Part shown: in pieces, positions 19,670-27,800 of the stretch
How the letters are laid out: each line of letters opens with the position of its first letter
Numbering within the stretch: position 1 is the stretch's first letter
Assembly (NCBI GenBank): GCA_937864225.1
Contig: CALMJK010000016.1
Location: 127,636 to 191,635, forward strand
DNA length: 64,000 bases
Direction: 5' to 3'
Source of the DNA: an uncultured bacterium
GTDB taxonomy: Bacteria; Krumholzibacteriota; Krumholzibacteriia; LZORAL124-64-63
The notes under the pieces: generated by a model
Told to the model about the DNA's origin: nothing
Database searches by the model: none
What the model saw: the letters and a program-made list of their open reading frames with translations, nothing else
Made by a program: the position numbers and the translations under genes

Positions 19670-19685
19670 GGGCATGTGGCTTGCC
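19670..19685 (+). promoter_or_regulatory. Putative sigma54 -24/-12 promoter
   Basis: GGGCATG-TGGC-TTGC with GG-N10-GC spacing, downstream of an AT-rich tract. Confidence 0.6.
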
Positions 19686-19738
19686 CTACGGCCCAACGCC
19701 CTGAAGCGCGGCGTTTGTGCATGGAGTGAGCGAGAGCG

Positions 19739-20107
19739 ATGTCCAGGACCAAGAATGTCCAACCGGCGCTGAGCGCTTCGCTCGCGCTGTACGAGACGGA
19801 GATCCGTCTGTACGGCGAGGTGCTGGCGCTTTCGCGGCAGCAGGGCGATCTGCTCCGGTCCGGGGCCTCGCTCGCGGAGATTCGGTGCCTGCTCGAGTCG
19901 AAACGAGCCCGTCTCGACGAGATATCCCGTCTCGAACAAGAGAACGCGTCCTCAAGCGCCTCGTGCGAGGCGCAGCGGCACGCCTTGCGGGGCGCGACGG
20001 CGGCGGCCCTGCATCAAGCCTTGCGCGAAGTCGGGAACCTCATCGAGCAGATCCTGGAGTTGGAAGAGGCCAACGACCGCCTGTTGTTCGCGAAAACGGG
20101 GGCTTGA
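19739..20107 (+). CDS. FlgN/FliT-like helical flagellar chaperone
   Basis: All-helical protein (LYETEIRLYGEVLALSRQQ...LLESK...IEQILELEEAN). Flagellar context. Confidence 0.55.
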   Translation: MSRTKNVQPALSASLALYETEIRLYGEVLALSRQQGDLLRSGASLAEIRCLLESKRARLDEISRLEQENASSSASCEAQRHALRGATAAALHQALREVGNLIEQILELEEANDRLLFAKTGA

Positions 20108-20109
20108 GC

Positions 20110-20832
20110 ATGACGATGCTGGCGAGCGCGCAAATGGACCGGTCCGGACGCCCTGGCCGCCTCATGCGCGGCTATCTGCACAAGACCAGCAACAATCTGT
20201 GCGGGATCAAAGGCTATGCGAGCCTGATCGTGGCGGGAGCCGACGAGCAGCGCACGACGACGTGGGCGCGCCGGATCCTGGCCGAAGTCGCCCAGATGGA
20301 GGCGGTCCAGCGTTCGGTGCAGGATTTGGCGTTCCCGCGCCCGTCGTCGGCGCCGGACGGCACGCTGGACGCGGCCGTCGGCGCCTCCGTCGCCGAGGCC
20401 CGGCGCGTGCACCCCAGACTGGTGGCGAAGGTCTGCCTGGGCGCGACGGGCGCGCTGCTGCTGCCGGCGCGCGATCTCCAACTCGTGCTGGGCGAACTGC
20501 TGGCCAACGCGGCCGAGGCGGCAGCGTCGGCCCGGGTGGCCATCACGACGGTGGCGCCGCGGGACGGACGCGTGGCTTTGTTGCTGGCCGATTCCGGGCC
20601 CGGCTTGCCCCGGGAGATCCTGCCGGAGGCCGCGGAGCCGTTCGTGACCACGAAGGCGGGGCATCTGGGCATCGGACTGGCCCGCGTGGACACGATCATG
20701 CAGATGCACGGTCTGGCCTGGTCGCTGGCCAACGCGGACGAGGGCGGCGCCGTGGCCTGTCTCGAGGTGGCGTCGGCGCCTGGTGCCGCGCGTCGCGCGG
20801 CGTCCGGCGCACAGAAGGGGAGCCATGTCTAG
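20110..20832 (+). CDS. Sensor-less, degenerate histidine kinase
   Basis: Altered H-box YLHKTSNNLCGIKGY, plus ELLANA, DSGPG, EPFVTTK and GIGL. Confidence 0.8.
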   Translation: MTMLASAQMDRSGRPGRLMRGYLHKTSNNLCGIKGYASLIVAGADEQRTTTWARRILAEVAQMEAVQRSVQDLAFPRPSSAPDGTLDAAVGASVAEARRVHPRLVAKVCLGATGALLLPARDLQLVLGELLANAAEAAASARVAITTVAPRDGRVALLLADSGPGLPREILPEAAEPFVTTKAGHLGIGLARVDTIMQMHGLAWSLANADEGGAVACLEVASAPGAARRAASGAQKGSHV

Positions 20833-22201
20833 CAAGCAGAAGATCCTCGTGGTGGATGACGAACAGTCCATGCGTGAGTGGCTCCACGCCGCGCTGTGCG
20901 GGCGTTACGAAGTGCAGGTGGCGCGCGACGGCGCCGAGGCCCTGGGCTGCCTCGAACGCGAGTCGGCCGACCTGGTGCTGTCGGATGTGCGCATGCCGGG
21001 GCATGACGGTCTGGCCTTGCTCGATGCGTTGGCCGGCCGCGCGACCGAGCCACCCCTGTTGGTCATGATGACGGCCTTCGGCACGATACAAGAAGCCGTG
21101 GAGGCGACCAAGCGGGGCGCGTTCGCCTATCTGACCAAACCTTTCACGCTTGAGCAACTCGAGCACGCGCTGCACAGGGCTTTCGAATACCGCCGTCTGC
21201 GCGAGGAGAACCGGTCGCTGCGGCGGAATGTCACGGCGCGGCGCGAGCAGTGGGGTCTGCTGGGCAACAGTCCCGCCATGCGCGACCTGCGGGAAAAGAT
21301 CGGCATGATCGCGGACGCAAGAGGCACCGTGCTGCTGCAGGGGGAAAGCGGCACCGGCAAGGAGGTCGCGGCGAAAGCGATCCACCTGGCCGGGGCGCGT
21401 CGCGCCGGGCCGTTCATCCGCATCAACTGCGCGGCCATCCCCGAGACCCTGCTGGAGTCGGAACTGTTCGGGTACGAGCGCGGCGCGTTCACGGGCGCCG
21501 TCCAGGCGCGCAAGGGCAAATTCGAGCTGGCGGACGGCGGCACGCTGCTCCTGGACGAGATCAGCGAAATGCCGTTTGCCATGCAGGCGAAGCTGCTGCG
21601 CGTCCTTCAGGAGCGGGAATTCGTGCGCTTGGGCGGCAAGTACGCCACCAAGATCGACGTGCGGATCATCGCCACTACCAATCGTGTCTTGCGTGACGAG
21701 GTGGCGGCGAAGCGGTTCCGCGAAGACCTGTTCTTCAGGCTCAACGTCATCCCGTTGCATTTGGCCCCGCTGCGCGAACATCGCGAAGACATACCGATCC
21801 TGGCGCAGCACTTCGTCGAAAGTTTCTGCGCGGAAAACGGCAAGCCGTTGATGATGATCAGCAAGGCCGCGATGGCGGCGCTGGCCAAGATGGATTGGCC
21901 CGGCAACGTGCGCCAGTTGCAGAACATCATCGAGCGCGCGGTCATCATGAACAACGGCCTGCTGTTGGAGGAGTCGCTCCTGGACCTCGCGGAGGAGATG
22001 GAGCCGTGCGGCGCGGTCGCGGCCGGCGCGCTGCCGGTCGACATGACGTTGTCGGACATGGAACGCGAACTGATCCTGCGCAAACTGCGACAGACCAACG
22101 GCAACCGCACGCAGGCCGCGCGCCTACTGGGCATCAGCGTGCGCACGCTGCGCAACAAGCTTCACCTGTACAGCGATTCGGGCGTGGTGATCCCGCGGTA
22201 G
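20825..22201 (+). CDS. Sigma54-dependent response regulator (FlgR/FleR-like by position)
   Basis: REC domain, GESGTGKE, GAFTGA, WPGNVR and HTH GISVRTLRNKL. Confidence 0.95.
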   Translation: MSSKQKILVVDDEQSMREWLHAALCGRYEVQVARDGAEALGCLERESADLVLSDVRMPGHDGLALLDALAGRATEPPLLVMMTAFGTIQEAVEATKRGAFAYLTKPFTLEQLEHALHRAFEYRRLREENRSLRRNVTARREQWGLLGNSPAMRDLREKIGMIADARGTVLLQGESGTGKEVAAKAIHLAGARRAGPFIRINCAAIPETLLESELFGYERGAFTGAVQARKGKFELADGGTLLLDEISEMPFAMQAKLLRVLQEREFVRLGGKYATKIDVRIIATTNRVLRDEVAAKRFREDLFFRLNVIPLHLAPLREHREDIPILAQHFVESFCAENGKPLMMISKAAMAALAKMDWPGNVRQLQNIIERAVIMNNGLLLEESLLDLAEEMEPCGAVAAGALPVDMTLSDMERELILRKLRQTNGNRTQAARLLGISVRTLRNKLHLYSDSGVVIPR

Positions 22202-22280
22202 GAGCGCGGTCTGAAATGAGACGCGACGGGCAGCCGAAAGCGCGATGCGGTCAGATGGGCGAGGCTGTTGGAGGGCTCGC

Positions 22281-22472
22281 ATGAGCGGCCGCGTGTCCGC
22301 AGCGACGCTGCTCGATGGCCGCCGCTGCCGCCAAGCGTCCCCCGTCCCGCTCCGCCGGGCGCGGGGCGCGGCCAAAATGGCCACGGACGGCGAGCTGACC
22401 GTGGAGCTCATGCTCGAGATCCGCAGCCGGCTGCTGGCGTCCTACCAGGAAATCATACGGCTCGTGGTGTGA
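22281..22472 (+). pseudogene. fliE: FliE C-terminal remnant or mini-FliE
   Basis: ELTVELMLEIRSRLLASYQEIIRLVV* matches the FliE C-terminus pattern. The N-terminal part is unrelated. Directly upstream of fliF. Confidence 0.75.
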
Positions 22473-23557
22473 ATCGCCACGCGCTGTGCCGAGGTGGCCA
22501 CGTGGAAGGGAACAAAAAGGAACCGGGCAGCAGCGGACAGCGCGTGGGATGCCTGTCCGCCAAGCGAAAGCTCGCGGTGGGCGCGTTGGCCCTTGCCGCG
22601 ACGCTTGGCGTGTTGGCGCTGGCGGCATGGCGGAACGACGCCGACCAGGTCGGGCGGTCCGCGAACCTGTCCCCGCATGCCGAGCTTCCGCCGGATGCGG
22701 ACGACAAGGGCGCAAACGGACGGGGCTTCGACCTGAACAGCGCGGCCGGACAGCTCGCGTTCAAGAAGGACATCGAGGGCTATCTCGCGCTGAAAGCGCA
22801 AACGATGCTCGCGGAGGTGCTGGGCGAAGGTCAGGCCATCGTGCGCGTGGACGCCACGTTGAACTTCGAGCAATTGCAGGAGAGCCGCGAGATCTACGAC
22901 CCGGCCGGCGCTGTCGTGCGCAGCGAGGAGCACGACGAGTCCACGACGAACCAAAGCGCCGGCGCTTCCGAGAGATCGGCGACCAGCTACGAGATCAACA
23001 AGACGCTGCAGACGCTCGTAGGCGAGGTCGGGAACGTGCGCCGGTTGTCCGTGAGCGTGTTCGTGGACGGCCATCACCTGCAGCCCGGTGCCGGCGACGC
23101 AACCGGCTACGTGCCTTTGACGGACGACGAGCTGCGGCAGCTCGAGCGGGTCGTGCAGACCGCTCTGGGCGTGAATCCTGAGCGTGGCGACCGCGTCGAG
23201 GTGGTCAATATGCGCTTCCGCGGGCGCGGTGCCCGGCCGGCGCCGGCGTCGCAGCGACCGGGCGGGGCCTGGCTGCCAGCCGCGGCGCGAAACGTCGGCA
23301 ACGCGCTGCTCCTGGCGACGGGCGTGGCGTTGCTGCTCGTGCTGTTTGGCGCCTTTCAGAAGCCGCTTGGCCTTGGCGCGGCCGGCGCCCGGCGCGCCGC
23401 GGGGCGCGGCGACGGCACGGAGGCCGCGAACGGCGCGGCCGCCGCCGTGGCCGCGGCGGAGGCGGACCGCATGGTCGACGAAGTGAGGGATTATGCCGCG
23501 GGCAATCCCGAGGCGATGGCGGAGTTGGTCAAGGCATGGCTGGGGGAACGGGCGTGA
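22469..23557 (+). CDS. fliF: Shortened MS-ring protein FliF (TM1, RBM3/beta-collar, TM2, FliG-binding tail)
   Basis: Motifs QTMLAEVLGEGQAIVRV, VVRSEE, SYEINKT, RLSVSVFVDG, GVNPERGDRVEV and NPEAMAELVKAWL. About 350-360 aa. Start at 22469 or 22502. Confidence 0.88.
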   Translation: MNRHALCRGGHVEGNKKEPGSSGQRVGCLSAKRKLAVGALALAATLGVLALAAWRNDADQVGRSANLSPHAELPPDADDKGANGRGFDLNSAAGQLAFKKDIEGYLALKAQTMLAEVLGEGQAIVRVDATLNFEQLQESREIYDPAGAVVRSEEHDESTTNQSAGASERSATSYEINKTLQTLVGEVGNVRRLSVSVFVDGHHLQPGAGDATGYVPLTDDELRQLERVVQTALGVNPERGDRVEVVNMRFRGRGARPAPASQRPGGAWLPAAARNVGNALLLATGVALLLVLFGAFQKPLGLGAAGARRAAGRGDGTEAANGAAAAVAAAEADRMVDEVRDYAAGNPEAMAELVKAWLGERA

Positions 23558-23611
23558 CAGCGGCGGGGACGCCGCCGTGCGACGCCCAATAGCCGGCAAG
23601 GCGGTGGCGCG

Positions 23612-24610
23612 GTGAACGAACAACTGCGCAAGGCGGCGATTCTGCTGATTGCGCTGGGACCGAAGGTCGCGGGACCGGTGATCAAGCGTCTTCCCGAGGA
23701 GACGATCGAGAAGCTCACCCGCGCGATCGCCGGGGTGGGTCGCGTGCCCAGCGAGGAACGGACCAGGGTGATCGCGGAGTTCGCAGGACTGCGCCGCAAG
23801 ACCGGTGACGCCGACTACGGCGGGGAGTGCTGCGCGCGCGCAATGATCGAGGAAGCGCTCGGCAGACACAAGGCCGGCGCGCTCCTCAGCCGCGCGACCG
23901 GTTACAGCGGCATCCAGAGTTTCGAGAGTCTCAAACAGATCGATCCGGCGACGGTGGCGGGTTATCTCAAGAACGAACACGTGCAGACCGCGGCCGTGGT
24001 GCTGGCGCACATGGACCCGCGCTACAGCGGGCCCGTGCTCGCTCTTTTGCCGGCTCCGATGCAGGGGGAAGTCGCATACCGCGTGGCCACTCTGGAGCGG
24101 CCCGATCGGGAGGCGCTGGAGATCGTCGAAAACATCATCGCCCGGCAAGTGCAGGGGGAATTCGCGCAGGCCCGGCGCCGATTCGGGGGCAAGCGGCAAG
24201 TGGCCGAGATACTCAACGAAGTGGAAAAGGAAGTGTGGCAGGAGGTCCTGGAGGAAATCCGCGAGATCGACATCGACTGCGCGAACGAGGTCAAGAGCCT
24301 GATGTTCATGTTCGAGGATCTCGTGAATCTCGATGACCGCGCGATCCGAGAGATCCTCAAGGAAATCGACAGCAAGGAACTGACGCTGGCGCTCAAGGGC
24401 GCGACGGCGGAAATCAAGCACAAGATCTTCCACAACATGTCCAAACGAGCCGTTCTCGGCATCGAGGAAGACATGGAGTTCATGGGCCCGGTCCGGCTGC
24501 AGGACGTGCAGGACGCGCAGGCGCGGATCGTCGATGTCGTGCGCAACCTCGAGGAAGCCGGGGCCATCATGCTGGGCAAGGGAAGCAAGGGTGCGGAATT
24601 GGTGGCCTAG
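23612..24610 (+). CDS. fliG: Flagellar motor switch protein FliG
   Basis: Motifs KAAILLIALG, EHVQ, FGG...AEILN, MFMFEDL and NMSKRA...EEDMEFMGPVR. Confidence 0.97.
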   Translation: MNEQLRKAAILLIALGPKVAGPVIKRLPEETIEKLTRAIAGVGRVPSEERTRVIAEFAGLRRKTGDADYGGECCARAMIEEALGRHKAGALLSRATGYSGIQSFESLKQIDPATVAGYLKNEHVQTAAVVLAHMDPRYSGPVLALLPAPMQGEVAYRVATLERPDREALEIVENIIARQVQGEFAQARRRFGGKRQVAEILNEVEKEVWQEVLEEIREIDIDCANEVKSLMFMFEDLVNLDDRAIREILKEIDSKELTLALKGATAEIKHKIFHNMSKRAVLGIEEDMEFMGPVRLQDVQDAQARIVDVVRNLEEAGAIMLGKGSKGAELVA

Positions 24611-24716
24611 TCGCGGGCGATCGCGCGCGAGGCCCTGCCGTGGGCCGTGGACGCCTCTGATGTCGTGGCGTTGACCGGCCGGCAAAAGGAACGCCTGGCC
24701 GCGGTGGGAGGATTCC

Positions 24717-25244
24717 ATGCGCAGCGTGCTGGCGATGTCGATGATCACGTTCGTGCTGATCTTCGGCGGCGTGATCCTGTTGGGACGCGTGCTGGTGGCG
24801 CGCGCGCCGGCCGGGCCAGCCGCGGGCGGCGTCGCGATCGTCGCTGCCGCGGGGACGGCGCAAGTGTCCGCCGACCTCCTTCTGGAGCGGGACCAGGTGC
24901 GACTCGAACGCGAAGCGCTCCTTTCGCTGCGTGGCGACCTGGCGGTCGAAGCAAAGGAACTGGCCGAGAGGCAGCGCGCAGTGCGGGCGCTGTTGGATTC
25001 GCTGCAGGCGCGAGGCGGCGAGGCTCGCCGGCCGCCCGACCAGGCGTTGGCCAAGCTGGCGAAAATGTACGAGGCCATGAAGCCGGAAAAGGCGGCGCCG
25101 CTGTTGGCCGCCCTCGACATGGACACGATCGTGGACGTCATGCTCTGCATGAGGGAACGGCCCGCCGCCCGGATTCTCTCCCACATGGAAGAGGCTCTGG
25201 CCGCGCGGATCAGTGAGCGCTTGAGCCGTCGGGGGTTGAAATGA
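24717..25244 (+). CDS. MotE/FlbB/YlxF-like membrane protein
   Basis: N-terminal TM helix, coiled coil, then KLAKMYEAMKPEKAAPLL...AARILSHM. Occupies the usual ylxF position. Confidence 0.8.
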   Translation: MRSVLAMSMITFVLIFGGVILLGRVLVARAPAGPAAGGVAIVAAAGTAQVSADLLLERDQVRLEREALLSLRGDLAVEAKELAERQRAVRALLDSLQARGGEARRPPDQALAKLAKMYEAMKPEKAAPLLAALDMDTIVDVMLCMRERPAARILSHMEEALAARISERLSRRGLK

Positions 25245-25399
25245 TGTCCGATGCCGCCAGCCCGAGGACGCGGCCCGCGGCAGGGCCAGACCCGGAGCAG
25301 GCGCCGGCCGGCGGGCGGCCGACGGCGCTGCCGCGCGGCACGCGCGTGGTCACGACGGGGGAAGAGATTCTGCGGGAATTGGTCTCGATCCTGCGCTGA
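25241..25399 (+). pseudogene. flgE: FlgE (hook) C-terminal remnant, 52-codon ORF
   Basis: Translated by hand, ending TRVVTTGEEILRELVSILR*, which resembles the FlgE end SRVITTSDEILQELVNLKR*. Sits directly before flbD. Confidence 0.7.
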
Positions 25400-25435
25400 A
25401 CGGACCGGAGGGTGCGCGGCAAGGAGCTAAAGGTC

Positions 25436-25669
25436 ATGATCAAAGTCACGAAACTCAATGCGAGCGAGCTCGTCGTGAACGCCGATCTCATCGAGTTCAT
25501 CGAAAGCACGCCGGACACGCTCATCAGTCTGACGACCGGGCGCAAGATCATGGTCCAGGAGGCTCTGGACGAGGTCGTGCAGCGGGCGATCGCGTATCGC
25601 CGGGCGGCGCGGGCTTACGCCGTGCCGGCCGGTGGCGTGGGGTCCGTGTTCGAGGGGCAAGGGCGCTAA
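25436..25669 (+). CDS. flbD: Flagellar FlbD (SwrD) family protein
   Basis: MIKVTKLN...VNADLIEFIESTPDTLISLTTGRKIMV. Confidence 0.93.
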   Translation: MIKVTKLNASELVVNADLIEFIESTPDTLISLTTGRKIMVQEALDEVVQRAIAYRRAARAYAVPAGGVGSVFEGQGR

Positions 25670-25698
25670 CGGCCTTTGCGGCGCGTCAGGAGGCTCGC

Positions 25699-26496
25699 GT
25701 GGACATCGCGACGCTATTGGGCTTGCTCTGCGGCTTCGGCATCCTCGTCTGGGCCGTGGCGACAGGCGGTTCCCTGGGCCAGTTCTTCCATCTGCCTTCG
25801 CTGGCGATCGTGCTGGGCGGGACGCTGGCGGCCGTGCTGGCGAACTTCCCGCTGCCGCGGGTGCGCAAGATGAGCGCCGTCGTGCGCAAGACTCTCTTTC
25901 ACCGGCATCAGGATCCGCAGGTCATCATCGACAAGCTGGTCTCCTGTGCCGAGCGCGCGCGCAAGGACGGGATGCTCGCTTTGGAGGAGGACTCCGAAAC
26001 GGAGCGGGATGAATTTCTGCGCAAGGGACTGCGTCTGGCCGTCGACGGCACCGACCCGCAGCTGTTGGAAAAGATCCTCGACACGGACATCGCGCAGCTC
26101 GAGGCGCGGCATCGGGAGGGCCGAAAGCTGCTGGAAGCGGCCGGCATGTTCGCGCCGGCCTTCGGCATGATCGGCACCTTGATCGGCCTGATCCGGATGC
26201 TGTCGCACATGGACCGGCCGGAAATGATCGGCCCGGGCATGTCGATCGCGCTGATCACGACCTTCTACGGGGCGCTGTTGGCGAACGTCGTGTTCCTGCC
26301 GCTGGCGGGCAAGCTCGGCGCGCGCTCGGAAGAGGAAGTTTTGTTGCGCGAGATGATCATCGACGGCGTGCTGGCCATCCAGAGCGGCGATTCGCCGCGC
26401 ATCGTGGCGGAGAAACTGCGGTCGTATCTGACGCCGGACGTCCGGCGACGCCTCGAGGGCGAACGCGAACAGCGCCTGCACCGGCGCGCCGCCTGA
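25699..26496 (+). CDS. motA: Flagellar stator protein MotA/PomA
   Basis: Motifs SLAIVLGGT, ARKDGMLALE, APAFGMIGTLIGL and ALITTFYG. Confidence 0.96.
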   Translation: MDIATLLGLLCGFGILVWAVATGGSLGQFFHLPSLAIVLGGTLAAVLANFPLPRVRKMSAVVRKTLFHRHQDPQVIIDKLVSCAERARKDGMLALEEDSETERDEFLRKGLRLAVDGTDPQLLEKILDTDIAQLEARHREGRKLLEAAGMFAPAFGMIGTLIGLIRMLSHMDRPEMIGPGMSIALITTFYGALLANVVFLPLAGKLGARSEEEVLLREMIIDGVLAIQSGDSPRIVAEKLRSYLTPDVRRRLEGEREQRLHRRAA

Positions 26497-26509
26497 GGCG
26501 GGAGGAGCC

Positions 26510-27208
26510 ATGCCCGGACGTCGCCGCACGCGCCACGACGAGAAGCGGGACACCCAGGCCTGGGTCATGACCTACGGGGACATGATGTCCTTGCTGCTGG
26601 TTTTCTTCATCCTGCTTGTCAGTTTTTCGACCATCCAAGAGACCAAATTCCATGACGCGGCGGTGTCCCTGCGGGGGGCGTTCGGCCTGACCGGCCACCC
26701 GCCCAGCTCACTGCACTTGCCGGAGTTGGCCGCTTCACGCGAGCGGCCGCCGCAGCGGCAGATGGCCGCCAGACTGGCCCGCGAATTGGAACAAAGCCTG
26801 CTTGGCGCGGGGTTGGACAAGGAAGTGGACATCGACGTGGGGCAAGAGGGGATCGCGGTCCGGGTGAGCGCGCCGTGCCTGTTCGCGTCCGGGCAGGCGG
26901 AGCTCAAGCCGGAGGCGGCGCAGCTGATCGCGGGCCTGGCCCGCCTCCTCGGCGAGTTCACCCACCCGGTGCGCGTGGAAGGGCACACCGACAACATTCC
27001 CATCCACAACGGCCGCTTCGACTCGAATTGGGAGCTGTCGGCGGCGCGAGCGGTGGCGGCGGCGAGAGGGCTGGAGGCGGCCGGCGTGGCGGCCGAGCGG
27101 CTGTCGGCGGCGGGGTGCGGTGAACACCGGCCCGTCGCCGACAACGCGACGCCCGAGGGGCGGGCATGCAACCGGCGGGTGGAATTCATGATGGAGTGGC
27201 GCCGTTGA
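26510..27208 (+). CDS. motB: Flagellar stator protein MotB/PomB
   Basis: WVMTYGDMMSLLLVFF. OmpA-like domain with VEGHTD, SNWELSAARA and NRRVE. Confidence 0.96.
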   Translation: MPGRRRTRHDEKRDTQAWVMTYGDMMSLLLVFFILLVSFSTIQETKFHDAAVSLRGAFGLTGHPPSSLHLPELAASRERPPQRQMAARLARELEQSLLGAGLDKEVDIDVGQEGIAVRVSAPCLFASGQAELKPEAAQLIAGLARLLGEFTHPVRVEGHTDNIPIHNGRFDSNWELSAARAVAAARGLEAAGVAAERLSAAGCGEHRPVADNATPEGRACNRRVEFMMEWRR

Positions 27209-27240
27209 GCCGGCGGGGCTGGGCGCAGGATGAGGCGGAC

Positions 27241-27768
27241 ATGATGATCGAGATCGAGAAGAGGGACGCGACGCAACTGCCGGCGGCGAGACAGCCGGGT
27301 TCCGGCGGCCTGTTCGAGAACAAGGTTGTCCTGCTCGGCGTGATCGTGATCGCGCAGTTGCTCACGGCCGTGGCGATCACCAGGCTCTTCATCGAGCCCC
27401 GATTCGCGCCGCGGCCGGCGGCGGAGGCCGGGGCGGGCCGGGTGAGCGTGCCGAGCGGGCGCACGGGCGAACTCGTCGGGCTGGGTGAAATGATCGTCAC
27501 CCTGCGCGACGACAGCGTCGCGCCGCACTATCTGCGCACGAATGTCAGTCTCGAGGTGGCGGGGGCCAGGACGGTGGCGCTTGTCGGCGAACGGCGTCCC
27601 CAACTGCGCGACATTGTGATCATGAGTCTTTCGCAGCGGACGGCCGCGCACCTGTTGACGCCCGACGGCAAGGAAGACGCGCGCCGCGAGATCGCCGCGC
27701 GTATCGGCGAGAAGCTGCCCTTGAACGCGTTGATCAACGTCTATTTCTCGGATCTTATGATCCAATAG
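27241..27768 (+). CDS. fliL: Flagellar basal-body protein FliL
   Basis: Single TM helix, then IVTL...HYLR, PQLRDIVI, LLTPDGKE and NVYFSDLMIQ. Confidence 0.92.
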   Translation: MMIEIEKRDATQLPAARQPGSGGLFENKVVLLGVIVIAQLLTAVAITRLFIEPRFAPRPAAEAGAGRVSVPSGRTGELVGLGEMIVTLRDDSVAPHYLRTNVSLEVAGARTVALVGERRPQLRDIVIMSLSQRTAAHLLTPDGKEDARREIAARIGEKLPLNALINVYFSDLMIQ

Positions 27769-27800
27769 GACGCCGCTGGCGTCCAGATCGCGGAGACCCG

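Noticed and set aside
22442-25186. Long antisense or alternate-frame ORFs (for example 914 aa here, also 45261-48170 and 56275-58506)
   Set aside because: These are shadow ORFs caused by high GC, overlapping well-supported genes and lacking motifs.
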